From: Octopus sinensis
Lineage: Eukaryota
Assembly: GCF_006345805.1 (NCBI RefSeq)
Contig: NC_042998.1
Coordinates: forward strand, 15,438,001 to 15,502,000
Length of the DNA stretch: 64,000 nt
Reading direction: 5' to 3'
Of this stretch, positions 1-12,943 are shown in pieces. Numbering within the stretch: position 1 is the stretch's first letter; each line of letters starts with the position of its first letter. Made by a program: the position numbers and the translations under genes. The notes beneath the pieces are model-generated. The model worked only from the letters and a program-made list of their open reading frames with translations. It had not been told where the DNA came from and ran no database searches.

Positions 1-195
1 AAATAGCTCGAAACTGGTCCAGTCCCGCAATCCTGCTAGCTGCCGGACGATAGTAGGGGTTCGCTCCCCCTGCTAGCGATGTATTATATATAAAGAGTGC
101 AGGGCTTTGCAGCGACAACCAGCTGGCGGAGAATCTGCCAGGGGTTAAACTAATAGTAACATTCAACTACCACTTTGATGTAGCTACTTGCTTTA

Positions 196-275
196 CTATA
201 TATGTATGTGTGCATATATAGGTATATATATATATATATTATATATGGATGTATATATGGATGTATATATGGATG

Positions 276-344
<69 letters not shown>

Positions 345-445
345 GTATATATATACATATATACATATGTATATATGTATACATACATACAATACATATA
401 TGTATGTGTGTATAGACGCACACGCACACATACACACATATGTAC
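196..445. repeat. (TA)n-based compound microsatellite
   Basis: Runs of TA with TG/CA interruptions; source of the YIYI-type ORFs at 150-486. Confidence 0.95.
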
Positions 446-539
446 ATACTAAACCAAAACGAACAAATTGTTATTGTCTTAAATGAAACTATAAAAGCTT
501 TTCATTTTAGGCCTATCTGACTCCTTTACCGACACAAAC

Positions 540-660
540 TCTGCATGGTTCAGTGGTTAGAGCGTCGAGCTCACAATCATGAAGTAGTGAGTTCAATTCG
601 AGGACCAGACTGTGTACTGTGTTCTTGAGACACTTTATTTCAAGTTGCTTATATTACTTA
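540..660 (+). mobile_element. tRNA-derived SINE 5' head, truncated
   Basis: Pol III A-box TGGTTCAGTGG (546-556) and B-box GAGTTCAATTC (589-599), followed by a SINE-like body GTGTTCTTGAGACACTTTATTTC. Confidence 0.65.
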
Positions 661-674
661 ACTGCTGAACTGAA

Positions 675-717
<43 letters not shown>

Positions 718-939
718 ATAGAGAGATGTGCGTAGAGTGAGAAAAAGGTGGAGTCAGAGCGTGAGAGACAGAGAGCGTCAGAGAATGTTGACATCGCTGT
801 GCCAAACTGTATCGGCCTTTGCCTTTCACTTGTATAATATCAATGGCGTGAAAACGCGAGGCTGAAATGCGTGGGCGAACTGTTGCCCTTCCTTAAACAA
901 CCTCGTTGATCTGTGATGAATAACAACTTCAATGACTTC

Positions 940-1320
940 TATACTCCATATATAAGTATTCCCACACCAACTGATGTCAAATTGCGTCCGATTAATGCAG
1001 GCCAGCACCCAGCACCCAAAGATTTAGTAATTTGCTTGACATAATTTTAAAACCTTTATGCAGATTAGTTCTGAGCTTCATCAGAGTTGAGATGTATTTC
1101 TTAAACCATATCCCAAAACGGATAGATAAAGAGATAATACAAGTTAGCTTTGCCGTAATTCGTCTCAACGCAAATATCTCCCACATATATGGACTAGACG
1201 CGAAAGAATTCTGGATAAACAAAGAACCACAAAGAATTGAAGAGAGATTCTCGAAAGAATTTATAGTCGAAGGGTCACAGACATTACTGGAAAACAACTA
1301 TTTTGATAATCAAGTTGTCA
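940..1320 (+). mobile_element. Penelope-like element reverse transcriptase fragment (decayed)
   Basis: Reads PTPTDVKLRPINAG...LLDIILKPLCRLVLSFIR...FLNHIPKRIDKEIIQVSFAVIRLNANISHIYGLDA...LLENNYF, matching the PLE RT pattern LRPI...LIDILLKP...DFL...TFDVxSLYTxIPHxxGL...LxNN. Confidence 0.8.
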
Positions 1321-1334
1321 AGTGGTAGTGAGGG

Positions 1335-1470
1335 ACAAACACAAATACAAAGACACACACATACACGACAAACGTCTTTCAGTCTCCGTCCAACAAATCC
1401 ATTCACAAGGCTTCGGTCGGCTACGCAGTGGAACTGAACCCGGAAGCTCCTTACCACACACCTACGCCTG
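1335..1470 (-). mobile_element. SINE family 1, internally deleted 5' part
   Basis: CAAATCCATTCACAAGGCTTCGGTCGGC...ACGCAGTGGAACTGAACCCGGAA matches the copies at 44453-44871 and 51063-51437. Confidence 0.75.
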
Positions 1471-1471
1471 C

Positions 1472-1546
<75 letters not shown>

Positions 1547-1991
1547 ATATATACACACATATATGTCTGTTTGTATGTATGTATATGTATATATTAACAC
1601 ACTCACACACACATACACACACACACATACAATATATACATATATATATATATATATACCTGTTGGAGTAACTCAACTGATTCACATGTAAATTCCGTAA
1701 TGTCCTTTTATCTCTTAAGATATTGCACTCAAAATCTTAAAATATACGAGATTATTTTATCATACATATTTTGTAATTTGTATTCAGTGTAAATTGAAAC
1801 GATTATAGGCAATGTTAATGAATTAAAAATTAATTTACATCCAGTATATCTCTTTATGTTCTTACTCAATGATATTTCATATTTGTAAAATAAATTTATC
1901 GGAGGATTATATCATCAACATATAAAATATTAAACCAATTTATCTTGGATACAACAATTCTTGAAAGAGGTTTATATATCCTCATAGTGAT

Positions 1992-2023
<32 letters not shown>

Positions 2024-2102
2024 CATAATTATACACACATCTATACTTCTGCTCTTCTACTCTCGTCCTCACTCTCTCTGTATATATAAAAACATACTCT
2101 TT

Positions 2103-2459
2103 ATTCTCTTTTACTCTTTTACCTATTTCAGTCTTTTAACTGCGGCCATGCTGGAGCACCGCCTGTAGTCGAGCAAATCGACCGTAGGACTTATTCTTTG
2201 GAAGCCTAGTATTTATTCTATCTGTCTCTTTTCCCGAAGCGCTAAGTTACGGTGACGTGAACACACCACCATCGGTTGCCTAGCAATTTTTTGGGGGTGG
2301 TACAAACACAGACAAGAACATATACACACACATGCATATATATATATATATACAAATCCACTCACAAGACTTTGGTCGCCCCGAGGCTTTAGTAGAAGAC
2401 ACTTGCCCAAGTTTCCACGCAGTGGGAATGAACCCGGAATCATGTGGTCGGTAAGCAAG
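2103..2459 (-). mobile_element. SINE family 1, near full length
   Basis: Collinear with 44453-44871: B-box GGTTCATTCCC, CORE-like ACTTGGGCAAGTGTCTT, internal TA/CA tract, 3' GGCGGTGCTCCAGCATGGCCGCAG and (AAAAGAGT)-type tail. Confidence 0.9.
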
Positions 2460-2460
2460 A

Positions 2461-2505
<45 letters not shown>

Positions 2506-3015
2506 TGTGATAATGTTGATGACGTTGACGACGGTGAAATATGATGTCTGTCTCGTAGTCCATTGGATTAAAACGTGTTAGAGTGAAACATGTCTATCTT
2601 TATAGGATATGGTCTGGTGATCTACTACAAGACGTCTTTTAACTGTCCGTAATGTTCTTCCCACTTTGTTTTCCGCCATACAATCTAACTTTATATCAGT
2701 GATATTTTAATACCTTAATGTAATTGTTTCGTTAATTGATTTTGAGAGCACGAAAGTAGCTGATCTGACTGCTTACTTCATCATAACACCAAAGTGTTTC
2801 GTTTCTAATTTTCAAGTAAAGTGAATATTAAACAACTTATGCTTTAAGCAAATAATGCACAACAATCTACAAAATCTATAGTTATTCAATTTCCTTTTGT
2901 TATAACCGAAGTAAAAATCACGATTAGAAGAAATTAGATAACAAACTCAAAAGAAAATATTGAATAAATAAATATATAAACAAACGATAACAAAACCAAA
3001 TTCATATTCGATTAT

Positions 3016-3041
3016 CATTATTATTATTATTATTATTATTA

Positions 3042-3113
<72 letters not shown>

Positions 3114-3115
3114 TT
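3016..3115. repeat. (ATT)n microsatellite
   Basis: Direct reading. Confidence 0.95.
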
Positions 3116-3470
3116 TATTGATGTAATTTAATTGCAGTGTTGAAGCATGTATAATTGTTTGTTTATCTGAAGATTTATCAAAACGTACTTGGTCTAATTA
3201 AATTTTTCATATTTTTAGTTAATTTTTTCTTTTTTTTGAAATTTTCTTTTGTTTTCTGTAGCTGTATGTTGCCAAAAGGAAGCCATAAGAGAAAGAAATA
3301 GAACTTCTAATATTGTTATTTTACGATAGCTATTTTTTTTTTTCATTATTTCCTTGCAGACGATCTGACGAAGTTTCAATACAGACAAAACCGGTGAAAA
3401 AAAAGATACGACGAAAAGAAATAAAATATGATATAATAATAGATAAATACATAAAGAAATAAATATAAAT

Positions 3471-4311
3471 TTAAGAAGCCGAAAGCCTTTCCGACTGACC
3501 AACTAACAAAACCAAGGAACACTTCTATTCTATATCTATGATCACGCGAAAGAGCAAGAGAAATGTAAAAAAAAAATATCAAACAAATGAGAATAAATTA
3601 TGAGGAAATCAGGTTAGAGTGTAATGTATTCGTTCAGAATACCTACCTAATTTCTTTCAATAGTAATGTCTCAATTGTAAGCAGAAATCTTCGTAAACAA
3701 ACAATATTGATCGAGTCACATATTTTCAATGATTCTTTGCCACTGAAGATAATTTTTTTTTTTTTTTACAAGACACACATATATTCAAAGACGCGCAGCA
3801 ACATACCCATACGTACAGATGCATTGCTGTGTAAAAAAAGAAAAAAAGAAGTAAAATACGAAGTCCTGGTGCTTCTTTTATGATGTGTTTCTATTTTTAG
3901 ACTTCAACATATTTAATTTTTGTTTGGCTTCCGCGCGTGCTATTTCTGCCCCTCCCCCCACACACTCACTGACGTACAATCGCAAATATACACGAACGTA
4001 TGTATTTACACAGGGCGCGTACAAACAACAAACTCACACATAAACTCATACTCAAGCAAACACACACACATACAACACACAGATAACTTAGATGGCCACA
4101 CACTGATTTGCATATGTGCGTAGACATCTGATTAAAATGTCCCTGTGCTTGGACGCGAATGCAACACAGAAAGCAAAATATAGGTCGCAGCTTATAGATA
4201 TTGATAGATAGAGACATATACGTTTGTATATATTTCTCTTGTTCTTTCACGTGATCATAGATCGATAACGGAATAGTTCTTGGGCTTTCTTAAGAAGCCG
4301 AAAGCCTTTCC
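3471..4311. repeat. Unclassified ~840 bp structure bounded by a 22 bp direct repeat and ~58 bp imperfect inverted repeats
   Basis: TTAAGAAGCCGAAAGCCTTTCC identical at 3471-3492 and 4290-4311; ~3507-3564 is the imperfect reverse complement of ~4232-4290 (shared TCTATGATCACGyGAAAGArCAAGAGAAAT). Confidence 0.7.
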
Positions 4312-4624
4312 TACTACTTATATTTACATATTTCTTCGTGTATTCATATACACACTTCCACCCTGATTGCAGAAAGCTTTTCAAATACAAAATACTTAGA
4401 ACAAAATAACAGAAAATATGTCAAATTTTGCGAGAGAGCAACTCAATTCGGATTGTCCCGCAGTTCGATAAAAGATACCTGTTCATGTGTCCTAACCTGC
4501 TAAAAGTTTCAGATCTCTAATTCAGTAGTGAGTTAGAATATCAGGATCGAAGAATATCAAATCTTTCTGCTAAGCATAACTCACCTTTCTTAGATCCATT
4601 AACATATGGCTTGGATCTCTCCAC

Positions 4625-4800
4625 TATAATCCACTTATTTTTATGTGGTTTGAAGCTTAAATGAAAGTGTATAAGAACTGGAGACATGATACAGTGGCAA
4701 ATTTAGTGCATTGGGAAAAAATACATTGAAGAGGAACTACTGATTATCTGATAAGTGGTATGAGTAAGTCGAAAAGGTGAAGGACAATGAAAATATAAAT
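4625..4800 (+). mobile_element. R4/Dong-like non-LTR retrotransposon fragment (region preceding the restriction-like endonuclease)
   Basis: Frameshifted YKNWRHDTVANLVHWE...DKWYE, matching the RHDxVAxxVHW...KWYEH motif. Confidence 0.65.
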
Positions 4801-4810
4801 TCTTCTTCTT

Positions 4811-4890
<80 letters not shown>

Positions 4891-4891
4891 C
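4800..4891. repeat. (TTC)n(ATT)n compound microsatellite; the (ATT)n is probably the tail or target of the adjacent minus-strand retroelement
   Basis: Direct reading. Confidence 0.9.
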
Positions 4892-5362
4892 ATTGCCTTT
4901 GCACAGCTTCTAAAGCTGGAGAAGTACTAAGGTGTCAGTTGTTCATTACCAGTTAACTAAGGTAAGAAGTCTTGCTTTCCAAGCCCCTTCCGGAGCATTC
5001 GAGTGGTTGCAAGCAGTGATATTTTCTGCAAGTGCTCCACCCTTATTGCAGCCCCTATTTGTTCCATGTACATCTCAAGATTTTTACTCACTGTTCCCAG
5101 GGCTCGAACAATTATTGGTACCACTACCATCTTTTCCATCTACCCGAAGCTAACCTGTTATATCTATCGACATTTCTTTCTACCTTATCGCATATCTTGT
5201 CTTCAGCTGGGCATGCTATATCTATGATCCAGCATCGTTTGCTTTCTTTCTCAATTAGCCCTATGTCTGGTTTTCTATTTTCTATCTTATGATCACCCTA
5301 AATCATAAAATCCCAAAGGATGTTTGCATTATAATTTTCGATGTTGCCTTCGGGTTTGTGGT
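4892..5362 (-). mobile_element. R4/Dong-like non-LTR retrotransposon 3' end with restriction-like endonuclease
   Basis: WYDHKPEGNIENYNANILWDF..GDHKIENRKPDIGLIEKESKRCWIIDIACPAEDKI (PD...D motif), then after a frameshift VVVPIIVRALGTVSKNLE...LQKISLLATTRMLRK; short 3' UTR running into (AAT)n. Confidence 0.85.
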
Positions 5363-5559
5363 CGTACCAATTTTTTTCTCTCTTAATACCTTACTTGACA
5401 ACAACAGCAGCAGCAGCAACAACAACAACACCAAATTAGCAGCAACGTGAACAACCACAGCAACAACAATAACAAAGGTGACAACAGCAACAACAACAGC
5501 GGCAGCAACAAAAGCAACAATAACGATGACGAAAACAAGGAACGAATTAAGACGTAAAC

Positions 5560-5990
5560 TGCTACAACGTCCTGGAACAGCCTTTCAAAGCTTTCTTTCG
5601 CTGGAGTAAGTAAATCATCTCTCCAGAAAATGCAATTATCATCGGAAGAACTGAAATATGCTAGACTGCTAGTAAAGACTAGTTGTAAAGTTGAATACCC
5701 CACCTGAGACAATCCAAGCTACGATACGTCGCACAGGAAGTACCGTACAATCGGGTTAAATTCAAGGAGGGTGAAAAGAGCTACAGAGGCTAAAATACAA
5801 AAAGCTTGAGCTTCCGTCTGGAGTCAAAAGGAATAGAAGCAGAGGCGAAAGGCCTATGGATTGGTGGACGTTCGATTCCACACCGAGGAAGAAGCCAAAC
5901 ATCACGCTCTGAATCTCCTCAAAATGGAGGAGATGTTGCTAGTTCCCTAATACTGCTCATCTCGATCTTCCTTACTTTTGTTTTCGTATA
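5560..5990 (+). mobile_element. Possible decayed LINE ORF1 (RRM-like) remnant
   Basis: One frame with several stops gives ...YGLVDVRFHTEEEAKHHALNLLKMEEMLLVP*YC, resembling the RRM-like ORF1 of L1/Tx1-type elements; recognised by pattern only. Confidence 0.35.
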
Positions 5991-6314
5991 AGCTACAGGG
6001 CCAGAAGAACTAGCGGAATGATGGGAAATAAATTGTATTCTGAATTGGAGCTAATTTCAAAATACTGTGCTTCATTAATATACACCAAATGACGAGGCAT
6101 TGTCTGAAACAGAGAAAAGTATCGTCTTTACGCATAAAAATACATTACTTGCCCTCTTACTATCTACAATTCTTTGATTGGCAAGATGTGACAGAGGAAA
6201 CGCTTACACAATCCATCATACACTGTTAATGGATGTAAAAACATATGAAATACTTAAGCATTGAACTATATTATTATTAATCATTTGTTCACCTATCCTA
6301 GGCAAAACTACGCT

Positions 6315-6534
6315 TACGAGGGAGTGTTGAAAATTCATGGGTCTGAGGGTGCCGCGAAAGGTCTGCTTGGTAGCTCAAATTTCGGAGTTCTTTTACAGGG
6401 CTTAGAAAAACTGAAGGACCGCTGCAATGGGTGTGTGTATCTCAGAGGGGAATGTGTTGAATAAAATCATAATTAACTGATCCTCTGGCATTTACTTTTA
6501 CTCAAAGCCAGGAAAATATCAGCACTCCCTTTTA
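6315..6534 (+). mobile_element. Mariner-derived MITE / deletion derivative
   Basis: Imperfect TIRs TACGAGGGAGTGTTGAAAA and ...AATATCAGCACTCCCTTTTA with TA ends; internal QGLEKLKDRCNGCVYLRGECVE* is the mariner transposase C-terminus pattern. Confidence 0.8.
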
Positions 6535-7012
6535 GAAATCTTTGATATTGACAGCATAAAAAGATGTTCAATATGGTAAGATGTGTGTCTCTAGTCATGC
6601 TGCAATGGCTTCAACTCTTTAAACGCAAAGTTAAATTTTATGGTTATTGTGGTAATGATATTAAATATCAAACGAAAAATAAAATTGATGTTTTCTATAG
6701 AGTTACGTTACTCTATATACTATCTTAAAACAGAAAATACACTGCTATTATGAAACTGCTTTCCATAGTTAATAGTAATGAAATTTTTGTGTGGATATAC
6801 CTGATTTCCGCAGTGAAGGTTTTAATTTATAAAATATAAGAACAGCATATAACAGTAAGTCCTTTCAATAAAGAATCTTAACGATATCTTGTTAGGATTT
6901 TTATCTTTCGCACTTAATGGTAGATTCTGTTGCTCTTAACGATAGATTCTTTGACGTCGAATGAAAGATGTGAAGCCCAAATTAAACTAAATCTATGTGT
7001 GTGTGCATGTAT

Positions 7013-7133
7013 TGTGTATGTATGTATGTATGTATGTATGTATGTATGTATGTATGTATGTATGTATGTATGTATGTATGTATCGATCTATGTATGTATG
7101 TATGTATCTATCTATCTATCAATCTATCTATCC

Positions 7134-7227
<94 letters not shown>

Positions 7228-7228
7228 A
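7013..7228. repeat. (GTAT)n(CTAT)n compound microsatellite
   Basis: Direct reading. Confidence 0.95.
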
Positions 7229-7454
7229 GGCATATGTATATACATAGTATCCCTTCACACAGACAATCTATGGAACTTTTATGTTATATACACAAACACA
7301 TACAGTCATGCATAGTCTTACGAACGCATATACACACATATATTCATGTGCAGGAAATGAAGATTGTAGCCACTAATCTGGTTTGACACAATTTGCTTTG
7401 TCCGTAGAGAAATGATTAATATTCACTGAGGGGGAAATGCTCGTATACACACAG

Positions 7455-7497
<43 letters not shown>

Positions 7498-7608
7498 CTG
7501 GGTCTAGTTTCCCACATACATACATACACTTAAACACTTAAACATATAGCTATGTATATGAGCATGCGTGAGCATATATCTGTATATGCATGTGAAATAA
7601 ACAGAGAA

Positions 7609-7669
<61 letters not shown>

Positions 7670-8315
7670 CAGACAGAGAATGATGCAGAGAAAGACAGGG
7701 AGAAAGAGTGAGAAAGAGAGAGAAAGTGAGAAAGAAAGGCGGAGGTAGAGAGAGAGAGGAAGAGCGATGGAGGGAGAGAGAAAGAGAGTGTTTACGTATA
7801 TAGGTGTGTCCATGTATAGAAGATAACATTTGATTTAATATGTCAGTCAGATTGTTCGGACGTGATCCAAACTAACACTGAGTTAATCTACTTACATGAT
7901 TACTGCTTAAGTGAAATACTTAAAAACGAAAGTCTACAAATGATTATGGAAGTATTTCGCTTGCAAAGATTGTTATACTGGTTTCTTGCGACTGAGTGAA
8001 AACAAAGAATTACATTTGCTGTGTGAGGAAATATGATACTCTGATATTCAAGTAGTAGGTTTTAGAATGTTTCCTGCTTTTCAGTACGAAAATTCCACAC
8101 AATATAATGGCTCTTTCCTCCAGAAAGTTTGTTATTATAGATGAGAATAGAGGAATATTACTTTTCTTACATTTCACATTTCCCGTTTATACTGGTTTAT
8201 TCTTGTGATAGGAATTAGGATGTAAGGCGGCTTATTATTTGCGATACCGCAGCATATTACAGGTATCTTTTTATGACAGGACGTGGATAGATCAAGCTGG
8301 AAGCAATCTATAAAG

Positions 8316-8500
8316 CGGCAGTTCCCAAACTGGGATTCGTGGGATCTTGGAGGTACACAAGAGTTGTACTAGGGGTTCGTGAACTAAATTCAAAATTTCA
8401 CACACACACACATAAGTACAGGCATATTAAAAGAGGTCCGTAGGAAGACTCATTTAAATAAATGGGTTGTGAACTACCAGGAATATGTTGGGAACCATTG
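8316..8500. mobile_element. hAT-type MITE
   Basis: Termini CGGCAGTTCCCAAAC / GTTGGGAACCATTG; flanking 8-mers CTATAAAG / CTGCAAAG (6 of 8 match, decayed TSD). Confidence 0.7.
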
Positions 8501-8657
8501 CTGCAAAGTATATTTCTCTTACTTTTAAAAATTGATTTTGACGTTTGAATGTAACATACGAAGGATTCCGTGGAACAGTAGGGTCAAACTTTAGCCCGCC
8601 ATAGACAAATATTTTTTTAACTTTTTACTACATATACAATAATATTAATAGTATTCA

Positions 8658-8857
8658 TTTCAAATTTTGGCAGGAGGCCAGTAATTTCTGGGAAGGGGAT
8701 ATGTCGACTCCAGTGCTCGGCTGGTATTTATATTATGGATCCAAAAGGGATAAAGGCAAAGTAAACCTCGGCTGAATTAGAACTCAAAACGTATTGATGG
8801 ACGAAATGGCGCTAAGAATTTTTCCAAAGTGCTAACGATTCTGCCAGCTCACCGCCT
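8658..8857 (-). mobile_element. SINE family 2
   Basis: Minus strand starts GGCGGTGAGCTGGCAGAATCGTTAGCAC and ends ...GCCAAAATTTGAAA; homologous to 42962-43135. Confidence 0.8.
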
Positions 8858-9179
8858 TTGCAACATTAATATTATTGGGAAAGAAAATAGCTGAATATTT
8901 AGAGAAAGACAGGAATACCTCCTGGATGCACTGAAGAACGCGAGACCAAAAAGCTAGTATGCGTATTCGTTAGTGTATTTGATATTATTTCAAATACCAG
9001 CAATGTACTAGTACCTTTTACAACAGCTATAAGCCTACCTTTAAATATTTACCAATTCAATGGTCGCAATACGTGTAGAAGTTTTGAAACTCTGCATACT
9101 GGGCAATTTATAGTGCTTAATGATGGAGAGGACGAGGTGCAATAATTTTATGCGGATATGGCTGCAGCAAATGTGTGCT

Positions 9180-9838
9180 GTGTTTTTCAGTTTTCTATAA
9201 TTGTTTTGTGGTTTACAGACCCACAGCATGATAACTTCATTCCCCCTTATAAATGGTCTAAAACCCTAGTGCAACTGAAACCCAAGTGTCTTATTGGTCA
9301 GCTGAAAGTAGTTTAGCCACAAAATTCGCAGACACGTATCTCATATCCAAATCTTCTGTAATAATGAACTGAACTGAATTGTAACTAAACTGCACATCCC
9401 CTGATAACTCACGGATGGTGATTCGACGATTTCCTCACACGCATATCTGCGACAACTTTCTCAATTTTGCTGGCTGCATGTCTCCAGAGCATTCGTCACT
9501 ATCGACATTTTTTCGGCCATCTTGGAAACGTCTGAACCACTTGTGCACTTATTTGCGACTCATACACTCCTCTCCATACACTTTCTACAAATGTGTGCAG
9601 GCCTCTGATTGACTATCGCCAAGACAACTTTCTCTGTCTTGGTTAATGTAACGATCACGCGCTACACACCTTCCTTCGAAGTACCGCTGCAAACAGCGGA
9701 TGTGAGCTAGAACTGTAAAACTTTGTACATAAGCACAACGGAGTTCAAGGTCAAACTTCGCCGAACAGCTTTACTCTGCATATTTTAGCATTCGTTACTA
9801 TGGCAACACTCCGGATACTTATTGATCTGAACTAGTAT
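9180..9838 (-). mobile_element. Mariner transposon 5' half (decayed transposase)
   Basis: TIR-like end TATACTAGTTCAGATCAATAAGTATCCGGAGTG; translation GDSQSEA..KVYGEECMSR..VHKWFRRFQDGRKNVDSDECSG (HTH) and IITEDLDMRYVSANFVAKLLSADQ (degenerate WVPHEL-equivalent linker). Confidence 0.85.
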
Positions 9839-10268
9839 ATCTTTGTATCTTTGCTAGAAACCGGATCTTTCATCAGTGGTAAGCTGCAAATAATTAAAAA
9901 CATAGAACACACACACACACACACACAAACACAGACAGACAGAAACACACAGACAGACAGACACTTCATGGCTTTGTATGTATATGTATGCATATTTTTA
10001 TGCAAAAGAATGTCGTACGCGGTCCAGAAAACATGATGTACCTCGAAAGATGTCTCCAAATTGAACATGTGCTATGCTGTTATAACATTGGGAACAATAA
10101 CGAAATTATATTCCATTTTCGCTTTCACATTTGAAGTTTATCATTTTTCACTCATGCCCTTAAGAAACCAACCATGTCATGTATACATATATGCATATAC
10201 ACAAACATACACTCATACATACATATACAAATATATATACATACACGCATATATATACATATACATAC

Positions 10269-10308
<40 letters not shown>

Positions 10309-10322
10309 TCATATACCCTGAA

Positions 10323-10373
<51 letters not shown>

Positions 10374-11171
10374 CGTATATATACGTGTGCGTACGTATGT
10401 TTATATATTATCGTATCATCATTGTTATATTCATGTACAACGGACAGTTGACCTATAGTTTGTCCACTACTATTATTCTGCATTGTGAGATTGATGGTAT
10501 TTAATCAATATCATATTGTAAATAGGTACTGTGACAGTATACATCATACATCTCAAAATATCGAAAGCACTGTACCATCTCGGAATGATTTCTCAGCGTT
10601 TAATGCTAAAATTTTTCATTATAGCCACTGGGTTATGGATGAAATCTGCCAAGAAAATTTATCTCATCCACTCTGAATGAAATGCAGAACTCTCAAATGC
10701 TTACACTATGATCCAATATGCAGGCAGTAATATGTTTCTTTCATGTCAGTAAGCATTCATGTGAGAGAGCAAGTTTTATTTCAGTGAGTAAAATCAAATC
10801 ATGTTCTGTTCTTTCGCTATTCAAATGAAATGCATCAAAGAGGATCCTTTCAAGTCGCTGAGGACACTTTTAAATCTGCGACTCACCTGAACACACGAGA
10901 ATATAACATATGATGTGACAGAAGATACGTATAAAGAATTAACTGTGTACGCATAATAACAGTGACACACGCGCAAATATATGTTTGTATGTGTGTGTAT
11001 GTGTGCACGCTTGTGTGTGTATATGTGTGTGAATGTATTTATATGCATGTGTAAGTATATTTGTGTCTGTTTGCATATGTATATATATATATGTGTGTGT
11101 GTTTGTGTGTATATATAGACATATCTAGCAACATAGAATGGTGCGTAGTTATATATGTAAATGTGCCTGTC

Positions 11172-11256
<85 letters not shown>

Positions 11257-11257
11257 A

Positions 11258-11321
<64 letters not shown>

Positions 11322-11415
11322 CTGTCTGTCTGTCGGTCTGTCTGTATGTCTATCTATCTATCTGTCTGTATGTCTATCTATCTGTCTGTCTGTCTGTCTG
11401 TCCGTCTATCTGAGT
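11172..11415. repeat. (CTAT)n/(CTGT)n microsatellite
   Basis: Direct reading. Confidence 0.9.
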
Positions 11416-11530
11416 AGACACTCAGATAGACAGACAGTCTCTCTCTCTCTCTATCTACCTATCTGTCTGTGTGTGTCTCTCTCTCCCCCTCTCTCTCTCT
11501 CTCAAATATGTATGATTGATTGATTGATCG

Positions 11531-12718
11531 ATTCTAGTTTCAGCTCATGAGCTGTGGCCATGCTGGGGCACCGCCATTTGGTATTGCTACATGGTTTTAC
11601 TTCACGAATGCCCTCTAGCAACTGCCATTTGGTGCATGAGAGAGTTCGATGCAGTTGCCCTCATCTGCACCTCCTGCCGTGAAGTTGGTTCATCTGGGAC
11701 ACCTGACAAGAAGAGATCCAGTTTCATTTTAAAGACATCTGCATCCACCCCATGCAGGTCTCTTAGATTCTTCGGGAGGATATTGAAGAGCTGTGGGCCT
11801 GGGAAGCCCAGGCCATCACAGTATCTTATCCTACATCTTGATGGCAAATTTGGAGTCCTAGGCACCACGCAGTGGCGCCCAGTTCTGGCATTTGTGTAAC
11901 TCTCGATACCAAAGTTTGGGACAAGTCCCTCCAGGATCTTCCAGATTTATATTATGGCATATCCTTCTCGCCTACGCTCCAAAGAATAGAGTTTTAATCT
12001 CTTGAGTCTTTCCCAGTAGCTTATATTCTGCATAGAGGCTATCTTCTTCGTGTAGCTACGTTGGATCGCCTCAAGTTCTGTGATCAACTTGACACTGGAT
12101 GGTGACCATAGCTGAGAGCAATAGTCAAAGTGGCTTAGGACAAGTCTCCTCCAGAGGACCATCATGGTTTCTTGTTCTCTTGTTCTAAAGGTTCTGAGAA
12201 TCCATCCGGCCAGTCGTCTACATTTCATTGCCAATTTAGCAACATGTACACGAAAGGTTGCGTCAGCACTCATGTAAATACCCAGGTCACGCACTGATTG
12301 TGCCTCTGGGATTGCAATTCCTCCGGGTCCAGTGTATTCATTGGGTATTGCATTAAGTTTTGCATGCTGATAGTATAAAGCTTGAAACTTTTCAGCATTG
12401 AACTGCATGCTATTCTTTTCAGCCCACTTGTATATTTTGTCCAGCTCACATTGCAGGCGTTTAGTGTCCTCAGGGTTCTGTATTGCCTGTGAAACTTTTG
12501 TATCATCTGCATAACTTGTGATCGTGGCTCTCTGCGTGGCTGAGGGCATGTCTGAGAGGGCCATTATGAACTGTAGTGGTCCCAAAACAGTGCCCTGCGG
12601 AACACCGCTCACTATTTGCGTGTTAATGGAAGTGGCCCCATTGGCTACTACCACCTGACTTCTATCTTTCAGAAAGTCATGAAGCCATTCTCCCAGTTTA
12701 CCAACTATGCTGAGATCA
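11531..12718 (-). mobile_element. CR1-like LINE, 5'-truncated, relatively young (RT C-terminal half and 3' UTR)
   Basis: ORF 11947-12819 contains SGVPQGTVLGPLQF, YADDTKV, LGIYMS, FDYCSQLWSP, LYSLERRR; ORF 11602-11868 continues the C-terminus after a frameshift; 3' end GGCGGTGCCCCAGCATGGCCACAGCTCATGAGCTGAAACTAGA plus an (ATCA)n tail. Confidence 0.92.
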
Positions 12719-12845
12719 CGCATATATATATATATATGTGTGAGTGTGTGTGTGTGTGTGTACATACAGATACTTACACCCACACATTTATTTGTATCTG
12801 TGTGCATACATTCTTGCATACATGTCTTGTGTGTGTGTATGTAAA

Positions 12846-12943
<98 letters not shown>

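Noticed and set aside
1-150. GC-richer sequence at the window edge
   Set aside because: Probably the end of an element, but truncated and not recognisable.
3365-3390. CTGACGA...AAAACCGGT hammerhead-like motif
   Set aside because: G12 missing, stem II weak and stem I not formed.
10890-10960. Strong minus-strand donor CAG|GTGAGT
   Set aside because: No convincing acceptor or recognisable peptide; such sites are frequent by chance.
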